Assembly (NCBI GenBank): GCA_035607435.1
Contig: DATMZU010000290.1
Coordinates: 1-56,871, forward strand
Length of the DNA stretch: 56,871 nt
From: Thermoanaerobaculia bacterium
Lineage (GTDB): Bacteria > Acidobacteriota > Thermoanaerobaculia > Multivoradales > UBA5704
Direction of reading: 5' to 3'
This document shows positions 10,983 through 19,888 of the stretch, piece after piece; the stretch's first letter is position 1; the number at the start of each line of letters is the position of its first letter. Made by a program: the position numbers and the translations under genes. Under the pieces are notes generated by a model that saw only the letters and a list, made by a program, of their open reading frames with translations, made no database searches and was not told where the DNA came from.

Positions 10983-11771
10983 ATGCGCGCCCTCCTGATC
11001 AAGCTCGGCGGCAGCCTTCTGACCGACAAGGAAACGCCGGAGACCGCCCATCCGGAGCGGATCGAACGGCTGGCGCGGGAGATCGCGGCGGCGCGGGAGA
11101 GGGCCGAAGCGAACGGCGAGCGGATCGTGCTCGGGCACGGCAGCGGGTCGTTCGGTCACGTGGCCGCGGCAGCGGCCGGGCTCGGGAAAGGGCCTCTCGA
11201 GCCAAAAAACCTCGCGGGCGCCAGCCGCACTCAGGAGCGGGCTGCGTCCCTCCACGGCCTGGTGGTCGAGGCGCTCCGCGCGGCGGGGCTCGCGCCGTTC
11301 TCTCTCGCGCCGTCGAGCTTCCTGCTCGCCGAGGGCGGCGTTGCCGTCGATCGTTTTCTCGGCCCCCTCGCCCACGCGCTCCGGCTCGGCCTGCTGCCGG
11401 TGGTCTACGGCGACGTCGTGCTCGACCGCACTTGGGGCGCTTCGATCGCCTCGACCGAGGCGGTGCTTTCCGAGATCGCGAGCGGCCTGCCCGCGCTGGG
11501 GATCGAGATCTCCCGGGCGCTCTGGCTCGGCGAGACCGAGGGCGTGTACGACGAGGAAGGAGCCACGATTCCCCACCTCGCGAACCTCGAAGACGCCGCG
11601 ATCGGCGCGGCGCGCGGTACGGACGTCACCGGGGGAATGCGCCTACGGCTCGAAACCTGCCTGGCGCTTTCCCGCCGCGGAATTTCTTCGACGATTCTCG
11701 ACGGCCGCGCGGCCGGCCGGCTCGCCGACGCGATCCGTGGCGAAGACGTGCCAGGAACGAGAATCGGCTAA
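10983..11771 (+). CDS. ipk: isopentenyl phosphate kinase (amino-acid kinase fold)
   Basis: LIKLGGSLLTDKE and VLGHGSGSFGH motifs, ~260 aa, and its position directly after the decarboxylase. Confidence 0.85.
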   Translation: MRALLIKLGGSLLTDKETPETAHPERIERLAREIAAARERAEANGERIVLGHGSGSFGHVAAAAAGLGKGPLEPKNLAGASRTQERAASLHGLVVEALRAAGLAPFSLAPSSFLLAEGGVAVDRFLGPLAHALRLGLLPVVYGDVVLDRTWGASIASTEAVLSEIASGLPALGIEISRALWLGETEGVYDEEGATIPHLANLEDAAIGAARGTDVTGGMRLRLETCLALSRRGISSTILDGRAAGRLADAIRGEDVPGTRIG

Positions 11772-11803
11772 ACCGCGCGGCCGGGCCTGCTATCCTCCCG
11801 GAG

Positions 11804-12799
11804 ATGCCCACCGAACCCGCGAGCCCGCTCGATCCGGTCTTCGATTCCGAAACCGATTTCGAGGACCTGCTCGGCAAGACCAGCCGGACGTTCGCGCTGT
11901 CGATTCCGCACCTGCCCGAGCCGACGCGACGCGAGGTGACGCTCGCCTATCTGCTGTTCCGGATCGCCGACACGTTCGAGGACGCAGCGACTTGGGCTCC
12001 CGAGCAACGGCGCGAGGCGCTCGAACAGTTCGGCCGCCTGCTCGAAGCGCCCGCGCCGGAGGAAGCGGAACGGCTCGCCGCGCTCTGGAGCGAGACGGTC
12101 CCCTGCGCCCAGCCGGGGTACCGCGAGCTGCTGGTCCGCATGGCCGCCGTCCTGGACGCGACCTACGCGCTGGGTGCCGAAGCGAGCGAACTGGTGAGGG
12201 CTTATACGTTGCGCACGGTGCTCGGCATGGCCGATTTCGTCGATCGGATGACCGACCGGGGCGAGCTGGTGCTCGTCGATCTCGCCGACCTTCGCCAGTA
12301 TTGCTACGTGGTCGCGGGGATCGTCGGCGAGCTGCTCACCGAGCTGCTGCTGCTCGACCGGCCGGAGCTGCTTGTCGTCGCCGAAGATCTGCGCGCCCGC
12401 TCGCGCGATTTCGGCGAGGGGCTGCAGCTGGTCAACATCTTGAAGGACGCCGCGGGCGACGCGATCGAAGGGCGCACCTATCTGCCGTCCGACGTTCCGC
12501 GCGAAGAGGTGTTCGCGCTCGCCCGCCGCGATCTTGGGGCGGCGGGCGAGTACGTCCGGACGATCCAGCTCGCGGGCGCCGCGCGCGGCATCGTCGCCTT
12601 CAACGCGCTGCCCGCCCGGCTCGCGCTCGCCTCGCTCGACCAGCTGGAAGAGAAAGGGCCGGGGGCCAAGGTCAGCCGCCCCGAGCTGTTCAAAATCATC
12701 GCCCGCCTGGAAAAAGCACTCGACGCCGGGGAGCCGCCGGTCCCCTCCCCCGACGCGCGCGAGCTGGCAGAAATCGCCGCCTCCATCTGGACGGGCTGA
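11804..12799 (+). CDS. sqs: squalene synthase-type farnesyl-diphosphate farnesyltransferase
   Basis: SRTFALSIPHLPEPTRREVTLAYLLFRIADTFED (DTxED first Asp-rich box) and LQLVNILKD. Start at ATG 11804; the ORF-track extension from 11432 is Arg-rich shadow sequence. Confidence 0.85.
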   Translation: MPTEPASPLDPVFDSETDFEDLLGKTSRTFALSIPHLPEPTRREVTLAYLLFRIADTFEDAATWAPEQRREALEQFGRLLEAPAPEEAERLAALWSETVPCAQPGYRELLVRMAAVLDATYALGAEASELVRAYTLRTVLGMADFVDRMTDRGELVLVDLADLRQYCYVVAGIVGELLTELLLLDRPELLVVAEDLRARSRDFGEGLQLVNILKDAAGDAIEGRTYLPSDVPREEVFALARRDLGAAGEYVRTIQLAGAARGIVAFNALPARLALASLDQLEEKGPGAKVSRPELFKIIARLEKALDAGEPPVPSPDARELAEIAASIWTG

Positions 12800-12828
12800 A
12801 GCTGCGTAGTCTCCTTCTAGGAGCATCC

Positions 12829-14637
12829 ATGTCCGCACAGTCGCCCTCCGCCATACCCCACCGCGATCCCCATTCCTTCGGCCGTCCCGACGAGATCGCG
12901 GTCGATCATCTGACCCTCGATCTGACCGTCGATTTCGACGCGAAGAAGCTCGCCGGCTCGGCCACGCTCCGGCTCGCTCGGCATGCGGATTCTTCCTCTC
13001 TGTGGCTCGACGCGCGCGATTTGGACATCCATCGCGTCACGCTCCAGCCCGGAGGCGCCGAGGCGAAAGTTGCGCTCGGGGACGAGCAGCCGCACCTCGG
13101 CCGGCCGCTCACGATCGAGGTCGCTCCCGACACGACCGCGGTCCACATCCAGTATTCGACCCGGCCGGAGGCCGCGGCGCTCCAGTGGCTCGATCCGGCC
13201 CAGGCCGGCAGCACCCGGCCGTTTCTGTTCACCCAGAGCCAGGCGATCCTCGCCCGCACCTGGGTCCCGTGCCAGGATTCGCCCGGAGTGCGGATGACGT
13301 ACGACGCGACCATCCGCGTCCCGTCCGATCTGCTGGCGTTGATGAGCGCCGAAAACCCGCAGGCGCTCTCCGAGACCGGCACCTACACGTTCCGCATGCC
13401 GCAGGCGATCCCCTCCTACCTGCTCGCGCTGTCGGTGGGCGATCTGGCGTTCCGTCCCTTCGATGCGAACAGCGGCGTCTACGCGCTCCCCTCGGTGATC
13501 GAAAAAGCGCACTGGGAGCTCGAAGACACGCCGCGCATGATCGCCGCCGCCGAGAAGCTTTACGGCCCCTACCGTTGGGGGCGCTACGACCTGCTGATCC
13601 TCCCCGCGAGCTACCCGTTCGGCGGAATGGAAAACCCGCGCCTGACCTTTGCCACGCCGACCATTCTCGCGGGCGATCGTTCGCTCGTCTCGCTGGTCGC
13701 CCACGAGCTGGCGCACTCCTGGTCGGGCAACCTGGTGACCAATGCCTCGTGGGACGACTTCTGGCTGAACGAGGGGTTCACGACCTATTTCGAGCGCCGG
13801 ATCATGGAGGAGGTCTACGGCCGCGCCTACGAGGAGATGGAACAGGTGCTCTCGATGCAGGATCTCGCCGAAACGGTGACCGCGCTCGGCGGACCGGAAA
13901 GTCCGGACACCTGCCTGCAACTCAAGCTCGCCGGACGCGATCCGGACGACGGCATGACCGACATCGCCTACGAGAAAGGCGCGCTGCTGCTGCGCTGGAT
14001 CGAAGAAAACGTCGGCCGAGCCCGCTGGGACGCGTTCGTCACCAACTATTTCGACCGCCACGCTTTCCAATCGGTCGATACCGCCACCTGCCTCGCCGAC
14101 CTCCGCGAACGCCTGATCGGCGACGACCCGGAGCTGGAAAAGAAACTGGAGATCGACGCTTGGGTCTTCCACCCCGGAATCCCCGCGAACCGGCCCCAGC
14201 CTCACTCCGACGCTTTCCAAAAAGTCGCCGCCCAAATCGAAGCCTGGGAAACCGGTACCGCTCCCTCCGACCTCGTCACCCAGGGCTGGAGCACCCACGA
14301 GTGGCTCCACTTCATCCGCAACCTGGCGGCGCCGCTGGATCTCGAAAAGCTGGCGGCCCTGGACGCCCAATTCCACCTCACCGACAGCACCAACGCCGAA
14401 ATCCTCGCCACCTGGCTGCTGCGCGCGATCGAAGCGAAATACACGGCGGCGGACGGCGCGCTGGAGCGGTTTCTCACGACGGTCGGCCGGAGGAAATTCC
14501 TGAAGCCGCTCTATATCGAGCTGGCGAAAACACCCGAGGGATTGGCCCGAGGACGGCGGATCTATGAGACGGCGCGGCCGAGGTATCACTCGCTTTCGCA
14601 GGGGACGATCGATGGGATTTTGGGAGTGGCGGGATAA
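12829..14637 (+). CDS. M1-family zinc aminopeptidase (leukotriene A4 hydrolase-like)
   Basis: GGMENP exopeptidase motif, HELAHSWSGNLVT followed by WLNEGFTTY (HExxH-18-E) and an LTA4H-type helical C-terminal domain. ATG 12829 preceded by AGGAG. Confidence 0.92.
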   Translation: MSAQSPSAIPHRDPHSFGRPDEIAVDHLTLDLTVDFDAKKLAGSATLRLARHADSSSLWLDARDLDIHRVTLQPGGAEAKVALGDEQPHLGRPLTIEVAPDTTAVHIQYSTRPEAAALQWLDPAQAGSTRPFLFTQSQAILARTWVPCQDSPGVRMTYDATIRVPSDLLALMSAENPQALSETGTYTFRMPQAIPSYLLALSVGDLAFRPFDANSGVYALPSVIEKAHWELEDTPRMIAAAEKLYGPYRWGRYDLLILPASYPFGGMENPRLTFATPTILAGDRSLVSLVAHELAHSWSGNLVTNASWDDFWLNEGFTTYFERRIMEEVYGRAYEEMEQVLSMQDLAETVTALGGPESPDTCLQLKLAGRDPDDGMTDIAYEKGALLLRWIEENVGRARWDAFVTNYFDRHAFQSVDTATCLADLRERLIGDDPELEKKLEIDAWVFHPGIPANRPQPHSDAFQKVAAQIEAWETGTAPSDLVTQGWSTHEWLHFIRNLAAPLDLEKLAALDAQFHLTDSTNAEILATWLLRAIEAKYTAADGALERFLTTVGRRKFLKPLYIELAKTPEGLARGRRIYETARPRYHSLSQGTIDGILGVAG

Positions 14638-14643
14638 ATCCTG

Positions 14644-15453
14644 ATGGCGTTCCCGGTGCTCCTCTACCCTTGGCTCCTCGGCACCGCCGCCGTGCTCGGC
14701 ACGGCGACGCTTCTCTGGTTGCTGAGTCTTCGGTTGCGGGACGTCTCGATCGTCGATGTCTTTTGGGGACCGGCTTTTCTATTGGCGAGCGTCGTCTACC
14801 GGCTTCCCGCCCCGCCCACCGAGCCGCGACATCTGCTGTCGCTCGCTCTGGTGGCGATCTGGTCGTTGCGTCTGGGGATCTACATCTTCCTCCGCGCCCA
14901 CGGCCAGCCTGAGGACTACCGTTACGCCGCCATGCGCAAAGCCCACGGCCGTCGGTTTTGGTGGGTGAGCCTGTTCACCGTCTTTCTGCTCCAGGGCGGC
15001 CTGGTGACCGTGATCGCGCTGCCGCTTCTGGTGACTCAAGCCCAAGCGACGGCCGCGTCGTGGCGTTGGACCGATCTTGCCGGTGTTCTCTTGTGGCTGA
15101 TCGGATTCGCGTTCGAGGCCGGCGGCGACTGGCAGATGGCGCGCTTCAAGGCCGATCCTAAGAACCGCGGCCAAGTCATGGATCGCGGCTTTTGGCGCTA
15201 CACCCGGCATCCCAACTACTTCGGCGACGCCGCCCAGTGGTGGGGCTTCTGGCTGATCGCCTTGGCGGCTCCGGGTGGCGGGTGGACGGTGATCGGACCG
15301 ATCGTCATGACGTTCCTGCTGCTCAAAGTCTCCGGAGTTGCGTTGCTCGAAAAGACCATCGTCGAGCGCCGGCCCAAGTATCGGGCTTACATCGAGGCCA
15401 CTCCCGCGTTCATGCCCTGGTTCCCGCGTCGGCCGCGTCGGAAGGCCAAGTGA
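14644..15453 (+). CDS. DUF1295 / steroid-5-alpha-reductase-like membrane protein
   Basis: Multi-TM 269-aa ORF with the YTRHPNYFGDAAQWWGFWL signature. Confidence 0.8.
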   Translation: MAFPVLLYPWLLGTAAVLGTATLLWLLSLRLRDVSIVDVFWGPAFLLASVVYRLPAPPTEPRHLLSLALVAIWSLRLGIYIFLRAHGQPEDYRYAAMRKAHGRRFWWVSLFTVFLLQGGLVTVIALPLLVTQAQATAASWRWTDLAGVLLWLIGFAFEAGGDWQMARFKADPKNRGQVMDRGFWRYTRHPNYFGDAAQWWGFWLIALAAPGGGWTVIGPIVMTFLLLKVSGVALLEKTIVERRPKYRAYIEATPAFMPWFPRRPRRKAK

Positions 15454-16772
15454 GGATCGCGGTCATCGGCGGCGGCGTGTCGGGGCTGGTCGCTGCCCAT
15501 CTGCTGGCCGAGCATCACGACGTCCGGCTGTTCGAAGCGGCGAAGAAGATCGGCGGCCATACCTACACGCTCGACGTCGAGGAGAACGGCCGGGAGATCC
15601 CCGTCGATCTCGGTTTCATCGTCTATAACGAGCGCACCTATCCGCTGTTCACTCGCCTCCTGGCGGACCTTGGGGTAGCGACCAAGCCCAGCTCGATGAG
15701 CTTCAGCGTGCGCTGCGAAACGAGCGGCCTCGAATACAACGGTTCCAATCTCAACACCCTCTTCGCCCAGCGCCGCAACCTGCTGTCGCCCCGCTTCTAC
15801 CGTCTGCTCCGCGGCATCCTCCGCTTCCATCAAAGGGCGCCCTCGCTGCTCGCGGCGAGCGAAAATCCGACGCTGGGCGACTGGCTCGCGGCCGAGGGTT
15901 TCCAAGGCCCGTTCGTCAGCGACTACCTGGTGCCCATGGTGTCGGCGATCTGGTCGGCCGAGCCGGAAAACGTGATGGCGTTCCCCGCCCGCAGCCTCGC
16001 CTCGTTCCTCGACAGCCACGGCATGCTGAAGGTCGATGACCGGCCGGTCTGGCGGGTGGTGGTCGGTGGCTCCAGAAGTTACATCGCGCCGCTGGTGGCG
16101 AGCTTCGCCGACCGCATCCACGTGGACACCCCCGTCGATTGGATCCGAAGGCGCAAGGACGGCGTGTATGTCAAGCCGCGTGGCGCGGAGGAAGAGCGTT
16201 TCGATCGCGTCGTGATCGCCACCCACAGCGACCAGGCCCTCCGCCTGCTGGCGGACGCCTCGTCGGCCGAACGCGAAATTCTGGGGGCGATCCCCTACCA
16301 GGAAAACGACGTCGTGCTGCACACCGACGCCCGCTTTCTGCCACGCCGGCCTCTCGCCCGCGCCAGTTGGAACTACCACCTGAATCCGCCGTTCCGCGGC
16401 GTCGGTCCTCAGATGACGTATTGGATGAACCTGCTCCAGGGGCTTGGCGAAGTCGGCGCGAAGCGCAACTATTGCGTGACCCTCAACCGCACCGCCGAGA
16501 TCGCCCCCGAGACGATCCTCCATCGGTTGACCATGGCCCATCCGGTATACACCTCCGCGAGCGTGGCCGCGCAACAGCGCTGGCGGGAAATCAACGGCCG
16601 GCGCGGCACCTATTTCTGCGGCGCCTACTGGGGTTTCGGGTTCCACGAGGACGGGGTGCGCAGCGCAACCCGAGTGGCGGAGGCGATCGCGTGGGAGGCC
16701 GACGGAACCCGTGACGGTGCGGCGTGGGACGCCGCCGCTCCGACCGAAACGGGCATCGAGGTCGCCGGGTAA
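15450..16772 (+). CDS. FAD/NAD-binding amine-oxidase-like oxidoreductase
   Basis: GTG start overlapping the upstream stop. Rossmann motif RIAVIGGGVSGLVAAHLLAEHHDVRLFEAAKKIGGHT and YFCGAYWGFGFHEDG near the C-terminus. Confidence 0.85.
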   Translation: MRIAVIGGGVSGLVAAHLLAEHHDVRLFEAAKKIGGHTYTLDVEENGREIPVDLGFIVYNERTYPLFTRLLADLGVATKPSSMSFSVRCETSGLEYNGSNLNTLFAQRRNLLSPRFYRLLRGILRFHQRAPSLLAASENPTLGDWLAAEGFQGPFVSDYLVPMVSAIWSAEPENVMAFPARSLASFLDSHGMLKVDDRPVWRVVVGGSRSYIAPLVASFADRIHVDTPVDWIRRRKDGVYVKPRGAEEERFDRVVIATHSDQALRLLADASSAEREILGAIPYQENDVVLHTDARFLPRRPLARASWNYHLNPPFRGVGPQMTYWMNLLQGLGEVGAKRNYCVTLNRTAEIAPETILHRLTMAHPVYTSASVAAQQRWREINGRRGTYFCGAYWGFGFHEDGVRSATRVAEAIAWEADGTRDGAAWDAAAPTETGIEVAG

Positions 16773-17653
16773 TGCAGAGCGCCCTCTACGTCGGCACGGT
16801 TCGCCACCGCCGGTTCACGCCGCGGGCGCATAGCTTCGATTTTCCGCTGTTCCTGGCCTACCTCGATCTCGACGAGCTCGACACCGTGTTTCGCGGGCGC
16901 TGGCTCTGGTCGGCCGGGCGGGCCAATCTGGTCGCCTTTCGCCGGGAGGACTATTACGGCGATCCCGAGCTGCCGCTCGACGAAGCGGTACGGCGCACCG
17001 TAGAGGAGGAGACCGGCCGGCGGCCCGCCGGACCGATTCGCGTTCTGACCCATTTGAGGACGTTCGGCCACGTCTTCAACCCGGTGAGCTTCTACTACTG
17101 CTTCGCCCCTGCCGCCGTCGGGTCCGCCGCGGAGCCCCCGAGACTCGAAGCCGTGCTCTCCGAAATCACCAACACCCCCTGGGGCGAGCGCAAGGCGTAC
17201 GTGCTCCGGCCCGAACGGCCGGGCGATCCGGTGATCCGGGCGCGCCACCGCAAGGAACTCCACGTCTCTCCGTTCATGAATCTGGAGATGGACTGGGAAT
17301 GGCGGATCTCCACCCCAGGCGAGAAGCTCGCGGTCCGGATCGTCAATCGGCCACTGACCACGACCGCCGGCGCCACAAGCCGGGCGCCGCTCCTCGACGC
17401 CACCCTCGTTCTCCGTCGCCGGCCGATCACGGGTCGCAACCTGGCCGCCGCGATCGCCCGTTTCCCGCTCATGCCGCTCCAAGTCGTGGCGGGCATTCAC
17501 TGGCAAGCGCTGCGGCTTTGGTGGAAGGGCTTACCCATCTACGACCATCCGGCCAAGGCGGCGCGCCGCGCGAACGCAAGCGCCGCGAACGTCGTCTCCG
17601 CCTCTATTTCTTCCCCTTCTGAAGCCACGCCCTCCGGAGACGCCACGCCATGA
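16772..17653 (+). CDS. DUF1365 family protein
   Basis: MQSALYVGTVRHRRFTPRAHSFDFPLFLAYLDLDELD N-terminus typical of DUF1365. Start overlaps the upstream stop. Confidence 0.75.
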   Translation: MQSALYVGTVRHRRFTPRAHSFDFPLFLAYLDLDELDTVFRGRWLWSAGRANLVAFRREDYYGDPELPLDEAVRRTVEEETGRRPAGPIRVLTHLRTFGHVFNPVSFYYCFAPAAVGSAAEPPRLEAVLSEITNTPWGERKAYVLRPERPGDPVIRARHRKELHVSPFMNLEMDWEWRISTPGEKLAVRIVNRPLTTTAGATSRAPLLDATLVLRRRPITGRNLAAAIARFPLMPLQVVAGIHWQALRLWWKGLPIYDHPAKAARRANASAANVVSASISSPSEATPSGDATP

Positions 17654-18945
17654 GCGAGCTCAACACCCCCCTCGCCTCGCCCCTTGATCCGGCCCTTGCC
17701 GCGGATCGCGAGGAGAACAGTCCGACCGTCGCAGCCCGCGGTCTCGACGCGTTCTGTCGCCGGGTCGTTCTGAGCGCTTTGGACCACCTGGCCGAGGGCC
17801 GCGTCACGGTGAAGGACGGCGCGCAGCAGAGTTCCTTCGGAGCCGGCGGCGATCTCTCCGCCGAGTTGGTCGTGCACAACCCGCGTTTCTGGCGCCAGAT
17901 CGGGCTCGGGGGCAGCATCGGCACCGCCGAGGCCTACATGGAAGGAGCGTTCAGCGTCGATGACCTCGTCGCCCTGCTGCGCATCGTCGTCCGCAATCGG
18001 CCGGCCCTGCTGCGGATCGAGCGCCTGTTCGACTGGGTCGCCGGCCCGTGGCAACGCCTGTCGCACGCCCTGCGGGCGAATACCAAGGCCGGCAGCCGGC
18101 GCAACATTCATGCTCACTACGACCTGGGCAACGAATTCTTCTCGCTGTTTCTCGACCCGAGCATGATGTATTCCTCGGCGATCTTTTCCCGCCCGGGAAT
18201 GAGCCTCGAAGAAGCGCAGACCGAGAAAATCGACCGCATCTGCCGCCGATTGGCGCTCCAGCCGGGCGAGCGGGTGGTCGAGATCGGGACCGGCTGGGGA
18301 GGCTTCGCCGAGCACGCGGTGCGTCATTACGGCGTGCAGGTCACCACCACGACGATCTCCCCCGCGCAAGCAACGTTTGCCCGCGAGCGGATCGCCCGCG
18401 CCGGCCTCGCCGACCGGGTCGAAATTCTCGACCTCGACTACCGGGATCTGCCGGAAGCCACCGGCCGGCCGTTCGACAAGCTGGTGTCGATCGAGATGAT
18501 TGAAGCGGTCGGCCATCGCTATCTGGATACTTTCTTCGGAGTCTGCAGCCGTCTCCTGGCCCCCCACGGGAAGATGGCGCTTCAGGCGATCACGATCCGC
18601 GACAGCTTCTACGAACGGGCGCTCAAGAGCATCGACTTCATCCAATACCTTATTTTCCCCGGTGCCTTCATCCCGTCGATCAGCGCCATCTCCGGCGCGG
18701 TCGCCCGATCGACCGACCTGGTGATCACGCACCTCGAAGATATCGGGCCGAGCTACGCCGAGACTCTCCACCGGTGGCGCAAGAGTTTTCTCGCGAACCG
18801 GACCGAGGTCCGCCGCCAGGGATTCCCGGAGAGTTTCGTCCGGCTCTGGGATTTCTACTTCGCGTACTGCGAGGCGGGCTTCCGCGAGCGGACCATCGGC
18901 GACGCGCAGATCATCCTCGCCAAGCCCCAATGCGCGGCCTCCTGA
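17650..18945 (+). CDS. cfa: cyclopropane-fatty-acyl-phospholipid synthase family methyltransferase
   Basis: SRRNIHAHYDLGNEFFSLFLDPSMMYSSAIF, SAM motif VVEIGTGWGGFA, and FRLWDFYFAYCEAGF C-terminus. ATGA overlap with the upstream gene. Confidence 0.9.
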   Translation: MSELNTPLASPLDPALAADREENSPTVAARGLDAFCRRVVLSALDHLAEGRVTVKDGAQQSSFGAGGDLSAELVVHNPRFWRQIGLGGSIGTAEAYMEGAFSVDDLVALLRIVVRNRPALLRIERLFDWVAGPWQRLSHALRANTKAGSRRNIHAHYDLGNEFFSLFLDPSMMYSSAIFSRPGMSLEEAQTEKIDRICRRLALQPGERVVEIGTGWGGFAEHAVRHYGVQVTTTTISPAQATFARERIARAGLADRVEILDLDYRDLPEATGRPFDKLVSIEMIEAVGHRYLDTFFGVCSRLLAPHGKMALQAITIRDSFYERALKSIDFIQYLIFPGAFIPSISAISGAVARSTDLVITHLEDIGPSYAETLHRWRKSFLANRTEVRRQGFPESFVRLWDFYFAYCEAGFRERTIGDAQIILAKPQCAAS

Positions 18946-19535
18946 CCTTCGTCGCGTTGCAGGTGGGGTGGTTTGCCTGCGTGCTCGGCGGAGCGCGGGA
19001 GAACGTTTGGATTGGTCCCCTGGTGGTGGCGGTGCTGATCCTGGGCCATCTGGTGAGCTTTGCCTGGCCGCGGCGGAACGCGCGCTCCGGCAAGTTCTTG
19101 CGGCACGAGATCGTGACCCTGTTGAGCTTCGGGCTGGCCGGTACTTTCGCCGACTCGCTGCAATCGGGTCTCGGGCTGCTCGCCTTTCACGGCAGTCCGT
19201 CGAGCGGCCCGGGCGTCTGGCTCGCGCCGCCCTGGATCGCCGCGCTCTGGTTCCATTTCGGCACCGTGCTCACCGGACCGCTCGCCCCACTGCGCGACCG
19301 GCGCCTGCTGACCGTCGCGCTCTGCCTGGTCGCGGCGCCGCTCTCCTACGCCGGGGGCGGCCGGCTGGGGGCGGTGGCCTTTCACCCCGCCGGGTGGCCG
19401 AGCGTGCTGTCGATCGGTCTCGTCTGGACGACGATTCTCTCTCTGGCGCTCCGTTGGGCGGTTCCGCCCCGGTCCCCGGAGGGTCCGGAATCCCAAACCC
19501 GCGCGCCCGGTTGGGCGCCTCCGATGGAAGGATGA
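18930..19535 (+). CDS. DUF2878-like membrane protein
   Basis: 201-aa hydrophobic ORF (MRGLLTFVALQVGWFACVLGG) immediately after cfa, as in conserved cfa-associated clusters. Family assignment made from memory. Confidence 0.6.
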   Translation: MRGLLTFVALQVGWFACVLGGARENVWIGPLVVAVLILGHLVSFAWPRRNARSGKFLRHEIVTLLSFGLAGTFADSLQSGLGLLAFHGSPSSGPGVWLAPPWIAALWFHFGTVLTGPLAPLRDRRLLTVALCLVAAPLSYAGGGRLGAVAFHPAGWPSVLSIGLVWTTILSLALRWAVPPRSPEGPESQTRAPGWAPPMEG

Positions 19536-19888
19536 CGATGAAACGCCTGCTGATCGGCTTCTGGAGCGTGGTTCTGATCGCCATGATTTGGGTCACCACC
19601 TGGGCGAGCCTCGATCGGAACGTGTTCCTCGCCGCCGCGGATCTCTGGCGCGACCCGTGGGGCCGGGCGACGCTGTTCGACACCTATTTCGCCTTCTTGG
19701 CGGTCTGGGTTTGGATCTCCTGGCGCGAGCGCACGCCCCTGCGCTCCGCGTTGTGGCTCATTCTGCTGTTGGCCCTCGGCAACATCGCGATCGCCCTCTA
19801 CTTCCTGGCCGCGCTCCTGCGCCTGGCGCCCGGGGAGTCCTGGGACGCCCTGTTCCGCCCCCGCGCCACCCCGAAAGCGACGCGATGA
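19532..19888 (+). CDS. DUF1475-like small membrane protein
   Basis: 118 aa. DPWGRATLFDTYFAFLAVWVWISWRE resembles the DUF1475 core. ATGA overlaps on both sides. Confidence 0.6.
   Translation: MTMKRLLIGFWSVVLIAMIWVTTWASLDRNVFLAAADLWRDPWGRATLFDTYFAFLAVWVWISWRERTPLRSALWLILLLALGNIAIALYFLAALLRLAPGESWDALFRPRATPKATR

Noticed and set aside
7036-11576. 668-aa and 680-aa minus-strand ORFs (7036-9042, 9534-11576) and similar ones at 3738-5504, 4495-6234 and 12817-14589
   Set aside because: All are antisense to recognisable isoprenoid, regulator or aminopeptidase genes and have shadow-ORF composition.
11341-12828. N-terminal extensions of ORF-track entries (11341-14637, 11432-12799, 46022-48541, 24154-25809, 35231-37615, 15192-16772)
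   Set aside because: The extensions overlap upstream genes in other frames and are Arg-rich. Conserved protein cores begin at internal starts with RBS or start-stop coupling, and I used those.
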